The notes under the pieces: generated by a model
Told to the model about the DNA's origin: nothing
Databases searched by the model: none
What the model saw: the letters and a program-made list of their open reading frames with translations, nothing else
Origin: the human T2T-CHM13v2.0 reference genome, Homo sapiens
NCBI RefSeq assembly: GCF_009914755.1
Contig: NC_060942.1
Length of the DNA stretch: 64,000 nt
Reading direction: 5' to 3' (one strand)
Made by a program: the position numbers and the translations under genes
Part shown: one piece after another, positions 1 through 11,080 of the stretch
Layout: each line of letters starts with the position of its first letter
Numbering within the stretch: position 1 is the first letter of the stretch

Positions 1-299
1 GTAGACAACTCGAGCCAGGCTTTTAGAAGCTTTGAAGATAGAGCAATTTACTGCCTTTAATGACATTCATTTTGGTGTCTTTCATATTTATAAAAAAGGA
101 ACAACCAAATAGACCAGGGGAGTGCTGACTAGTACATCTGTTGGGTCTGGCACCTCCTGGTCTTGCTCTAGGTAGGGGGTGCCTTCTGGAACCACCAGTC
201 TAGTGGTCTTCTCCCCACCCACATCCCTCTCCATTTTGCCATCTGCTTTATTCACACATAATATGTACGGTCTATACTTATCTGATATATGCACTTCTT

Positions 300-438
300 G
301 CTTGTCCTCCCCCTCCAGAATGTACACTTGATGACAGTAGGGGTCTTGCCTGCCTTATCCACTGCATAGCTCCAGTCAAGAGAAGTCATTGCCACGGAAA
401 AGGCACCCAACAAACATGCCTTTAACTTGTTGAATGAA
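300..438 (+). mobile_element. L2 LINE 3' end fragment
   Basis: ccagaatgtacacttgatgacagtagggg...cttatccactgcatagctccag...ttgttgaatgaa resembles the L2 3' terminus and TGAA tail. Confidence 0.6.
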
Positions 439-649
439 CCCATCAAATTCCTGATAGTGGAAGTTTGGACACTGGAGTCGCAGGTGGGGAAAGAAACCAT
501 GATGCAATAGGACCCCAATTACACGTGGGTTCTGCTTATGTTAGAAAAGCTTCCTGACTTTGTGTGCAGTCAAGTCCTGTGGCTTGTGGCCAAGGGAGGA
601 TCTTTTCTTTTTTACCCATGGAAGATGACATTGGTATGTTGGAGTAATG

Positions 650-873
650 ATCCAGAAGATAAACATGAATACAGACAAATTCTGAATTTGGATTCAAATA
701 ACAAGTTGCACAAAAACAAGGTAGGAGAGATGTTTCTTGACAATAATTTGTAGAAAAACGTTACGTTTTGGCCGACTCATTGTGAATTAATGGCATGAAT
801 AGCTGTTAAAATTTTATACTAGTAATGGAATATCATGTCTAATAATACAAAAAAATCAACATTCTATGTGGCC
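650..873 (+). mobile_element. L3/CR1 LINE fragment (upstream part, interrupted by a MIR)
   Basis: acaagttgcacaaaaacaaggtaggagagatgtttcttgacaataa resembles CR1/L3 ORF2 3' region; continues after the MIR. Confidence 0.45.
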
Positions 874-875
874 AC

Positions 876-1079
876 GATTTATGCTGCACTAACCATGTAC
901 CAAGTACTGTGCTTAATGCTTTTTTATACGTGACTACAACTCCTGAAAACCACATTATTATGTTCATTTTATGAATGGAGAAACTTAGGTTCAAAGAGTT
1001 TAACTTGGCCAGGACACAGAGCTAGGACATGATGAAACCAAGTATATCTGACTGAAAAAGCTGTTGTTCTTCACCACTG
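876..1079 (-). mobile_element. MIR SINE
   Basis: cattttatgaatggagaaacttaggttcaaagagtttaacttggccaggacacagagctag is the reverse-complement MIR core. Confidence 0.7.
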
Positions 1080-1084
1080 ATTTT

Positions 1085-1545
1085 CTTGGTGCTCTATGTG
1101 GGCCTGAACATATCTAGGACATTTGGACTCAGTTGTAGAAGATACATTTTAAGACAGACAATAACCAAACAGCGGCTTCATAGGGAGGCTATTAGCATAT
1201 TAAAGAATATGGAAACCACAGCATGTGGGGAATGTTCAAAGAGAAGGGGGATGTTTTGTGCAGAGGAGAGACAATGGGAGGTGGAGGTCAAGAATGAAAG
1301 GGTATCAAATGGAAGAGAGCAGACATGTCCTGTGTGGCTCCAAATGGCAGAACTGGAATAGCAGATGGAAGTTACAGTGAAGCAGATTTCAGCTTGACAC
1401 AAGAACTAACTTTCTAAAGAACAGAGATGTGGGATGAAGCTCTTGAACTCATCCCCCTCCTCCCTCCAAGCCTGAACAGCCATCTGTCAAAGATGTTGGA
1501 TTTCAGGAAGGAGAACCTTCCACCTCTAAGAGTCTGAGATTTTCT
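1085..1545 (+). mobile_element. L3/CR1 LINE 3' fragment
   Basis: acattttaagacagacaata...ggaaaccacagcatgtggggaatgttcaaagagaagggggatgttt...ggaagttacagtgaagcagatttcagctt matches recalled L3 consensus. Confidence 0.65.
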
Positions 1546-2434
1546 AGACGAGTTTAAAGTTTATTTAAAAGAAAGGTAAAGACCATTTGAGCTGATTTAA
1601 CATGAATCTTGTCTGGGGGCTGGGGGACTATATTAGAGTCTGAGTTCCTTTCAGCCTTTTGAGCAGGTAACTCTTCTATTGGGGCCATAACTGAGGCATA
1701 TTTTAAATCAGAAAGGGAGAATATCGTTTTTATTCTGAATCTGAATACTCCTTAAAAATAATAATTGTTGGATGGTATTTTTGTATTTAATTCATTTCAG
1801 TCTTTCCTGTGTGTTTATTTTGTGTTCAGCCCTGCATAGGTGATAAATTTGTAACCATACCCCCTCTCTAGCCCATCCCTCTTTAATACCACCCTAGGAC
1901 AAGACCATGAATAGTCCTGCCTTTCATGGCGCCTCCAATTCCTCCTTTCCCTGAGGTACATACAGGCATTGTGCATACAGAAGTTACCTGTGTTTGTAAT
2001 TCACAAACCCCAAAGAGCAGTGAAGAAAAAAGGAATGAATCCTACATGATTACAAAGAAGGAGGGGACAAAGCTGGCTCCAGGTGCATTTCTACACAGTG
2101 TGGGTTGAATTTTCTCTAGAGAAAGTGTGCTTATTATTGGTTTCTCACCAACCTTGTGGTGCAGAGGGCATCTACAAAGTGCTAGATGAAATAGGATCAT
2201 GTGCAATTTCATAAGGTGTTCAAAGGGGATATAGAACCTTGGTATAAGATTTGAAGAGCCCCATTCCCCGAAATCGTCCTTCTGTGGACCTGAAATCTTA
2301 CAATTTTATCACTGTTCTTCTGAGTTAAGCATTTCCCTACCTATTCTTCTAAAGGCAATTCACCCGGGAGATAAATTACCTTAGGTCTTGATGTCAGTAT
2401 CAGAAAGGGAGTCTTCCTCCAGGAGGCAGTAGTA

Positions 2435-2665
2435 GTTTATTGATTACTTGCTTCATGATAGGTGCTGTCCTAAGCTCGTATCATTTTAGTCTTAGTTAAT
2501 ATTCACAACAGCACTATAATTATATACTATTACTATCTGCATTTTACAGAGGAGGAAACTGAGCCTTAGAAAGGTTAAGTACTTTGTCTAAGTTCACACA
2601 GCTAGTAAATGGTGGAGTCTGGATTTGCCTTCAAAACCTATATTCTTAACCAGTATGTAACACTG
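2435..2665 (-). mobile_element. MIR SINE, near full length
   Basis: cattttacagaggaggaaactgagccttagaaaggttaagtactttgtctaagttcacacagctagtaaatgg. Confidence 0.85.
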
Positions 2666-3029
2666 TTGCTAGTGGTCTCTAGATATAATAATTATCTGAC
2701 TCTCAGACACAGGAGAGAGTTCAGCTTAAGAATGCTATGTGTGTGTGTTGGGGGAGGGGGGTAGGAGACACAGGGAGGTTTTATTGTGAATTAACCCTAA
2801 ATCCTAACCCTAGGTCAACTATTAATCTAAAATTTATCTGAGATGGTTAATGTAATGCTGACTTCTGACATAGTAAGGTCATCATTAGCATTTTACTATT
2901 TGCCTCAAAGTCAACTGAAGTACGTATCAGGAAGTAATTACTTATGGACTAACCCAGCTACATTCTCTCTCCCTTCCTCCCTCCTTTCCTTCCTTCTTGC
3001 CTTCCTCCCTCTTGTTTCCTCCCTTCTCA

Positions 3030-3150
3030 GGTACTCAGTTATTTCTGAGTATTGCTCTGTGCGTGGCACTGTGCTGTACATTGAGGATATGAAGATGAGT
3101 AAGTCTCAGTCTATATCTTTAGAGACCTCACAGCCTGGAAAGAGAGTTAA
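3030..3150 (-). mobile_element. L2 3' end fragment
   Basis: tatttctgagtattgctctgtgcgtggcactgtgctg...gaagatgagtaag. Confidence 0.5.
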
Positions 3151-3190
3151 AAAATAATTACTATTCAACATGGCAATGGTTATAAAGGAG

Positions 3191-3432
3191 CAGATTTTCC
3201 AAACTGGTGTTTCAAGGAACATTCTTTGGCAGGATGTTAAGTAAGTGTACCACGAAAAAGAAGTATTTTGAGTTAAAATAACTTTAGGAAATGCTGGGTA
3301 AAATAAAATTAAGTAAGTTTTTTCTTCCTGGGGAATTTTCATACCCTTTAAAATGCTAATGTGCACTGTGAATCTCCAAGAAGGGAAGAGCACACATATT
3401 CCAAACTCATTTGACCTCCTAACCTTCTTTTT
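3191..3432. mobile_element. hAT-Charlie MITE (MER112-like)
   Basis: cagattttccaaactggtgtttcaaggaaca...aatgctaatgtgcactgtgaatctccaagaaggg...ccaaactcatttgacc. Confidence 0.55.
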
Positions 3433-3467
3433 ACATGACATACTTAATGAAATATTTGTTCATTCTT

Positions 3468-3597
3468 CTATCCATCCATGCATCCATCCGTCCATCCATC
3501 TATCCATAATCCATCCATCATCCCTCCACCCATCATCCATCCATCCATCTATCCATCTACTTATCCATCCATCCATCTAAGCATCTATCCTCATCCC
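3468..3597. repeat. (CCAT)n degenerate tetranucleotide microsatellite
   Basis: Direct repeats of ccat/ctat at the tail of the adjacent minus-strand L2. Confidence 0.9.
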
Positions 3598-3940
3598 TCC
3601 AGCACTTCTTGGTTACCCATTATGTTCCAGACACTACTACATCCTGGGGATCCAGCATGGAGTTTATTGGGAAGATAAACACTAAGAAAGTAAACAAATA
3701 TATACAATTGTCAGAGTGTAGTAAGATTCATGTAGGAAATAACTAGGGTTCTATCATGAGAAAAAAACAGGGTGATCCACTTAAGCACATGGTCAAGAAA
3801 GCCCTCTGTGAGCAAAAGACATTTCAGGCAAGTACCTGGAAGAAGAAAATGAGTCAGCTTTGCAAAGAGCAAGAAGAGCCATCCAGGAAGAAGAATCAGC
3901 AAGTGCCAAGTCCCTGGAATGCAGAAAGCCTTGGCAAACA
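3598..3940 (-). mobile_element. L2 LINE 3' region
   Basis: ggtcaagaaagccctctgtgagcaaaagacatttcaggc...ccatccaggaagaagaatcagcaagtgccaagtccctgga. Confidence 0.65.
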
Positions 3941-4782
3941 GGAATTTGAGCTTCCTCCAAGAGTGCAGGTCTGCTTAAAGGCAGAAGGCTGGACCTGATA
4001 TTAAAAAAATTAGAATCTCATCCTCATATTATCACAGTTGGAGGAGACCCTGGCAGCATCAATTCCAAGTTCTTATTCAAGAAGTTCCCATCTTGTAACA
4101 TATAGGGCTGTCTGCCACATTTGGCTGTTTGTAGGATTTTCCTCTTTAGATGGGAGGTTAACTTCAGCCCCCTAATGTAGCTGGTGAGAATGTTGCTTGT
4201 GACATTTCTCTTTCATATGAAATGAGGACCAATGAGGATTGAACATGTTGCTATGTTTTAAAGGAGAAACTTCTCTCAGAGGTGCGAATCCCAATACAAA
4301 TGATCATAACTGGTAACCTTCGTTCTCTCTTAGAAACAGGAAACAGCAAGCCTGAAAACGGAAATTGACGAAGAAACAATTTGGTTATTCTTGACTCAGT
4401 GGCCAAGGAGGGAACACAGGTAACCCTGATTCTTGAAGCCTGAGTGCCCTGTTCCCCAGGCTTTTATCTTCCAGTTCTCCCTGCAAGATTAAACATCCCC
4501 AAACACCATTTTTGTGGTCTCTGCCCTGGTTCAAGGAGTTACAGTGGATCTTCTTTATTGTCAAATCAACAGAAAACCTCTCAGTTAGACATTCAGGACT
4601 ATCTATTATTATCATCATTTTCTTCTGGGTGACGCTCTTCCTTCTCATTCACTTTCCCCAACACATAGGTGCCCTCTCTTTTTCTCTTTCTCTGACCATG
4701 TTTCAGCATGGAATTAAGGCCACACGCACACACAAAAGAAAAAAATTCGGGCTTTGGTGTTGCAGCTGTAGCTTTGATCTTC

Positions 4783-4866
4783 TTTTTTAAATTTTTTATT
4801 TATTTAAAACATTTTTAAAGTTTTTCTTTATTCTAAAAAATGGGATACATGTGCAGAACATGCAAG
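4783..4866 (-). mobile_element. Extremely 5'-truncated L1PA insertion (A-rich tail plus ~25 bp of 3' UTR)
   Basis: T-rich tail then aaaaaatgggatacatgtgcagaacatgca; flanked by degenerate direct repeats agctgtagctttgatctt / agctggagctttgctctt. Confidence 0.6.
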
Positions 4867-5948
4867 CTGGAGCTTTGCTCTTTCTTATGCTGTTTGCCGT
4901 TTGCCTCACTGTGCATCTTGCAGACCTTTAGCTTCTTCATCTGCATTCATAGGTACTAATAATAATATTTATCAAGTAATAATAATAATGGTTACACAGG
5001 ATTGTTGTTATTTGAACTCAGCTGTCACAATATCTTCTCACTATGGGCTAGGACAGACTCCTCCCTCTGGAACCTAATTCTTCCATCTTGCTTGCCCTCT
5101 GCTGAGGTCCTTTCTCTTTGGAGACAAGAGAATCTTTCTGATTCTCCCTTCTTCATTTGGACTTCGTGGCCCTTACTTAGCTATTTAGAGTTGGCCTTTA
5201 AAATGGCAGACTTTATTTCCCATTTGCTCTACTTTCTGCTATCAGAGGCCACCCAGCTTTCCTCCATTCCCAGTTCTTGTGTCCAACCTAACACAGCCTG
5301 TGTGAGAGCCTTTGGCTCTTGCTTCTTTTGGAGGGAGAATTGGAAAGTTATTCTCTGAGGTCCAACCTTGGTAAGCAGAGACAATGAAGATCTATTCCCA
5401 TCCCCTTGGCCAGTTTTTACTCAGTCAAGACCTCCTCTTTGTTGACTGCACAAGGAACTCCGGCATTGGTGTCTGGTCTACCTCTGTAGCCTCATGGTCT
5501 AGTGACTCTCACATATCACTGGACACACTCTGAAGCTAGCCATGACTTCTAGATCCTTGACTTACTATGACCTCAGCTAATTCAACAGGAAGATGGAAGG
5601 GTTTCATTCAGAACCTAGAATCCAGCATGTCCTAGCTCTTGCCATAGCCCTCGCCACATCCATTGACATTCTTAAATAAGCTTCTGCAGGTCGTCTGTAC
5701 ACCCTTCCTCTTTTCTACTGTAGACGTCACAAGTTCACAGGTAAGGTGAGGTATGGGTCACTTATGTCCTTTTCCTGCTGTTGCTGTGGTTGAGGAAGCA
5801 CTAGGGAAAGAGGTGCTTCTTCTGATGCTCAGGGTGTCTGTCAAGACTGCTTGGATGGCAATGTGCGATGGCAATTTGCAATGGTTCGGGCTAGCATGGT
5901 GGGGTCATAGCACCATCCAAGGCTCTAGCATAGACCTAGTAGTGGCTC

Positions 5949-6282
5949 TGTTAGGGTCTGAATATCCAAAATTCATAGGTTGAAATCCTAAACCCCAATG
6001 TGATGGTATTAAGAGGTGGGCGGTGATTAGATTATGAAGGCAGAGCCCTTATAGATGGGATGAGTGCCCTTATAAAAGAGGCCCAAGAAAGCTCGTTCGT
6101 CACTTCCACTATGTAAGGACAGAGTGAGAAGATTCAAGCCAGGAGAAAACAGGCTATCACCAAACACTAAATCTGCAACTGTTTGATATTGGACTTCTCA
6201 GTCTCCAGAACTGTGTAAATAACTTTTATAAGTAACTCAGTTTATGGTATTTTGTTATTAGCAGTGTGAATAGACTAAGACA
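5949..6282 (+). mobile_element. MLT1A0-like MaLR solo LTR
   Basis: TG...CA ends; aaaattcataggttgaaatcctaaaccccaatgtgatggtattaagaggtggg...tttatggtattttgttattagcag...gactaagaca. Confidence 0.85.
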
Positions 6283-6529
6283 CTCCTACCTAGAAAATGC
6301 CTCTTTCCTTGTCACTAGCTGGAGAAGAATGATTCAGAAGAGTGCATCCAATTCTGGAACAGACTCAAGGATGTTATTGTGTATCAACTGGTGATTTCAA
6401 TGCTCTTTTCCTTGCTGCAAGAAAAAAATGCGTTGGAACTTGGGAAGTATGTGTGTAAAGGAGGAAGGAGTGCTTTATGTATTTCTCCAGTAGAATTTTG
6501 CTAATATATCATTAGTTACATTGTTACAT

Positions 6530-6665
6530 GATCACCTCTAATAGCAATGAAGGCCAGGAAATGGTCTTTGAAACTGAATGCATTGCCTCCCTGAATTAAA
6601 TTGGATTTCTATTTGTAGGAAGGAAAAGTGATAGCATTTTGTAGGCAACTACAGTGTTTATCATC
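6530..6665 (-). mobile_element. Old MLT1 (J/K/L-type) LTR fragment
   Basis: gcattgcctccctgaattaaattggatttctatttgtaggaagg...gtaggcaactacagtgt. Confidence 0.45.
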
Positions 6666-6965
6666 TCCAGTGACACCAGTCAACTTACCTTACCTTCCAT
6701 TTCTCTGAGCTCCTTCTCTTGGAACATTTCATCCCATAGCTACCTTTTCTCTGTGCTTTTTCTCGATGTTGCCAGAACCCAGGTCAGGATTTCGATAGCA
6801 CGCAGGCCACCTTAAAGGAGGTCAAATGTGCCTCCTGGTGGTCTCAGGATTGGTATAAAAAGCATTCTGACCAGTTCTTGGTCCCAGAAGCTGTCTAAGA
6901 GGGAAAAAATGATTAACTATTCTTCTCAATGAGATGCTGGAAGACCATTTGGAGCCTTGGAATAG

Positions 6966-7207
6966 TGATGAATAGTTTAGCACCATCCCCTTGGTGATAA
7001 GTGAGCTTTGCTCAGTTAGTTCATGGGAGATCCCGTTGTTTGAAAGAGTCTGGGACCTGCCCCTTCTCTCTCTCTTGCTCCTGCTCCTGCCATGTGATGC
7101 ACTTACTCCCCCTTTGCCTTCATCCATGACTATAAGCTTCCAAAGGCCTCACCAGAAGCAGACGCTGGCACCAGACTTCCTGTACAGCCTACAGAACTGT
7201 GAGCCAA
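6966..7207 (+). mobile_element. MSTB-like MaLR LTR fragment
   Basis: ttagcaccatccccttggtgataagtgag...ggcctcaccagaagcagacgctggc...gtacagcctacagaactgtgagccaa. Confidence 0.85.
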
Positions 7208-7496
7208 CAGGGACCATCAACCTAGTGGTGTTGCAACCTAGTCCACTCACATCATTTCTCAGGTCTTTCCTGTTCAGCTGACTCTGAGCCCCTGCTGTCC
7301 TAGGTTACAAGCTTCTTATGAACAGAGCTATGACTTAGACACCCTCATGGGTACAAAAAATAGGCGTACATTAAGCATGTCATAGACTAATTAAATGGAA
7401 TCCATAGCAACGTTTTGGGTTGCAGAATTTTACCTCTTCAAGAAAGCATTTACTAATTAAGGAAAAGTTAGGAGACACATCTTTCCTCTCTTCCTT

Positions 7497-8366
7497 TGCT
7501 ATGGTTTGGATGTTGTTTGCCCCACCAAAACTCACGTTAAAATTTGATCCCCAGTGTGGCAGTGTAGGGAGGCAGGACTCCGTGGGAGGCGTTTGGGTCA
7601 TGGGGGTAGATTACTTATGAATAGAAATGTACTCCCTTGTGGGTGAGTGAGTTTTAGTTCTCATGGGAATGAATTAATTCCTGTGTTAGTCCATTTTTGC
7701 ATTGCTGTAAAGGAATACCTGAGGCTGGGTAATTTATAAAGAAAAGAGATTTAATTGGCTCATGGTTCTGCAGGCTGTACAGGAAGCATCTGCTTCTGGT
7801 GAGGCCTTAAGAAGCTTACGATCATGGCTGAAGGCAAAGGGGGAGCAGGGGCATCATATGGTGGGTGCAGGAGCAAGAGAGACAGAAGAGAGAAGAGGGA
7901 GTTCTCAGACATTTTTAAACAACCGGATCTCCTGTGAGCTAACTGAGCAAGAACTCACTTATCACTAAGGGGATGGCGCTAAACTACTCATGAGGTATCT
8001 GGCCCCACGTTGCTATCACCTCCACCAGGCCCCACCTTCAACTTTGGAAATCTTATTTCCAAATGAGATTTTGAGGGGACAAACATCCAAACTGTATCAG
8101 TTCCCATAAGAGCAGGTTATTAAAAGGAGTCTCACTTCCTTGATTTTTCTCTGTTGCTTTTTCTCTTCCCATGCAATCTCTTTGCACATGCTGGCTCCTC
8201 TTCCACTTTCCACCGTGAATTCAAGCAGCAGGAGACTCTCACCAGATGCAGTTACTTAATCTTGTAATTTTCAGCCATCAGAATCATGAGCAAAATAAAC
8301 TTATTTTCTTTATAAATTATCCTGCCTCATGCATTCTGTTAGGGCAACACTAAACGGACTAAGAGA
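7497..8366 (+). mobile_element. MST-family (MSTC-like) LTR split by a nested MSTB
   Basis: 5' part 7497-7681 starts tgctatggtttggatg; 3' part 8100-8366 ends aataaac...ctttataaatta...ggactaagaga. Confidence 0.75.
7682..8099 (-). mobile_element. MSTB MaLR solo LTR, complete
   Basis: tgtgttagtccatttttgcattgctgtaaaggaatacctgaggctggg...acaaacatccaaactgtatca; 5-bp TSD attcc/gttcc. Confidence 0.9.
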
Positions 8367-8474
8367 CCCTCCTTCTATCATTTAAATTTATAATACTCAT
8401 GACTTTCTTTCCATTCAGCCCCATTGCTTATCATATATTTTACTCTATATAGGGTTGTTGGTAAGGTCTTGCTA

Positions 8475-8640
8475 GGTGAGTTAGCTAAGTGGGCTGGCGC
8501 AGGAATCAACTGAGGCCATGATTTGAGGTTCGGTTTCCTAATGGACCATTTATCCATGATCTTGAATGGTGATAGGCTCTAGACCTTGGTCTTCTCAGTG
8601 GAGAAACCTGTTCTTGCTTCAGGTAAAAAGACTCCAATAT
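8475..8640 (+). mobile_element. Ancient tRNA-derived SINE (MamSINE1-like)
   Basis: gagttagctaagtgggctggcgc...tgaggccatgatttgaggttcggtttcc...ggacca: decayed tRNA A box (tagctnagtgg) and B box (ggttcg..tcc). Confidence 0.5.
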
Positions 8641-8904
8641 GTGCTACATAGGTAGGTCAGAAGCATTGTTTTAAATCAAGGAACCACATTATTTATGTGT
8701 GCTTCTTGGGTGGTCTGAATCAGGGACCCCAGGATTAGCACAGTGCTAAAAAAAAAAGTAGACTGGCTGCATCATTCTGGAGGCCCACATATTTCTCTAT
8801 TATGTAGCCACTGCCTAACTCCTTACACTTGAAACTCTAGTCACAGAACACCTTTTAACTTCAGATGTAAAGGATATCTTAGTCTGGTCACTCTGTGACA
8901 CTCT

Positions 8905-9050
8905 AACTTAGGGCTTCTCATCAAAGTCTTGGCCCTGACCTCAGAGTTCCAGGATCAATGGCCTTAGGTAGGGCCTAGTTATTGACATTTTTACTTACCC
9001 TCCTTCCTCGGGTAATACCAATTGTGCATCCTAGAGTGTAAAACCACCTC
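8905..9050. mobile_element. MER5-like hAT MITE fragment
   Basis: ggccctgacctcagagttcc...taggtagggcctag...catttttac...gtgtaaaaccacc. Confidence 0.45.
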
Positions 9051-9639
9051 AAAACCCCAGTGAGAAACTGAACTGTAGACTCCCTTAACCCCAGTCACAA
9101 ATAAGCTCCCTGAAATCATTCATAGTTAATCCTGACTTCAACACACTGGCTTCTAAATCTTATCAATCACTGATATGATGTCATACCAGACCCAACATGC
9201 CATCTACCCCACATCACCACAGAGAAAATCTAAAACTTCCTCTCCCTTTGGTCACATGTTTGAATTTTAGCTCTGGAAATACATAATTCTGTAATTGATG
9301 GCATAGACCATCTTTAATTCCAGAAAGAATGACCTCCTACTTTGGCTACAGTTTCTTCTTAATTCCAGCTTTGGACCAATCTCTAAAGCTGGCCACAGAC
9401 TGATCTCAAGACCAGACCCAAGTTACCCCATAATCATGATCATCCACTTTATATTTTGTCTGACCACTCCTGGATTCTTTCTTTGGTCGTAGATTGCTCC
9501 ATACTTGATAAATTATAAATTTATAACCCTAGCCACAAATGGAACCAGAGCTCCAGCCTCAGTTCAACCTCAAACTCTAGCCATAAATTAGCAACCCAGA
9601 AGGTCTTCACTCTTTGGCTAGCTAAAAATCAGAATTATC

Positions 9640-10135
9640 ATCAATTTTTAAATGAAAAATTTAAATATATATAGATGTCAAGAAACTAGTATATTGAGCC
9701 CTATGTGTGTATTTCACAGCTCCAACAATTACCAGTACATTCTTTTTTCATTCATAACCTTACTGACTCCTTTTTCCTCCCTCTCCTTGATTATTCTGAA
9801 GGAAATGCAGACATCATTATATCCTAACATCTGTATGTGTTTTGGTTTGTATCTCTAAAATGTAAGGGCTTTGCTGAAAAAGATTGACAGGTTAAAACCA
9901 TGACATAATTGTTATACCTAAAACTTAAAAATTCCTTATGCACAAATATCTAGCAAGTGATTTTATTTATCCAATTGTTTTATATGTAGAAATTTTCAGT
10001 TTGTTTGATCCAAATAAGTTATTTGTTATTTGTTAAATAAGTACATTGTTTTTGGTTGATATGCCTGTGTCTTTTAATTTATAGGTTTCCTCTTTATTAC
10101 TATTGTTATTGCATTTTTTGTTGCTGTTGTAGGAA
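9640..10135 (-). mobile_element. Old L1 3' UTR (L1MC4/5-like)
   Basis: cagctccaacaattacc...gattattctgaaggaaatgcagacatcat...tgtatctctaaaa...gatccaaataag...ttggttgatatg. Confidence 0.7.
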
Positions 10136-10929
10136 CTATTAACTGCCAACTATTAAGCTGTAAATATGGGGCCACATTGACGCTTAGCTCTGGTCACTGA
10201 TGCACCAGCACAAACTGTCCCAGAGAAGGAAGGCTCTGATCCCAAGGGGTGCAAGCCAGGGAGTGAGTGGCATATCCCTCAGTACAGCCACTAACCATGA
10301 AACTCCATAAAGCTTCTGCCCTCCAACTAGTGAGGAACATCTGGCTGTCGTATCAAACGATGGCCAAATCTTGCATTTATCATGGTCATTCTGTTCTCTC
10401 ACTGCTATTTCCTGACACAGAATCATGGCAGCAAAGATGAAGCTAAACAGCCTGTGTATACATATGGAAAATTTAAATTCACATGCACAGGACAGGCTCA
10501 TGCTGTCCTTGCCCATGCTTAGTCTGCCTATGGCAATAAAACTCTGATTGACAATCCAGAGCTACAGTTGCTAAGATAAGCCACTAAGGTGGACCATTAA
10601 GGTGGCAGTGTCAACATTTGCAGGGGTTTAGAGAAGGGAAAGAAATTGAGGCATCACCCAGTGGGAGAGAGAAGTGTACAGATAGCTTTCATCATGGAGA
10701 AAAATAACCCTAATATCAAAATGACCAGGTTTTTGTGATGAGGACTTGACTGTTTCTACAAGCAGCTAGTTTGTATTTGAGTGTTGAGATTTTTGAAGCA
10801 TTTGGCATGATTAGCATTGAGTGAAGTAGCAAAAAACAGCATCTTCAGCAACTTTATATGGCCTTCAGAGAATGATGCTCAAACTTCTTGGCTGATATTC
10901 AAGTTTCTGCCCATCATATCCTTGCCTAT

Positions 10930-11080
10930 TTTGACAGCCACATCTCCTTCTCTTCTACTGGACTCTTCCCCAGCCAGACTGAGCTCCTCTCTGCTTCCCA
11001 AACAGGACATGTACTTTTCTCTATCTTTGCATCATCTGCTCATATTGTTCCCTACTCTTGGAATGCCCTTCCCAAGCCCT
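10930..11080 (+). mobile_element. L2 fragment
   Basis: ccagccagactgagctcctc...gctcatattgttccctactcttggaatgcccttccc. Confidence 0.55.

Noticed and set aside
2791-2812. Interstitial telomere-like repeat (taaccctaaatcctaaccct)
   Set aside because: Only about three imperfect units; compatible with chance.
8475-8548. Functional tRNA gene
   Set aside because: Boxes are degenerate and the stems do not pair; better explained as a SINE head.
10345-10510. Short hairpins (gctgtcgt-atcaa-acgatggc; aggacag-gctcatg-ctgtcct)
   Set aside because: 7-8 bp stems are expected by chance in 64 kb; no miRNA or snoRNA features.
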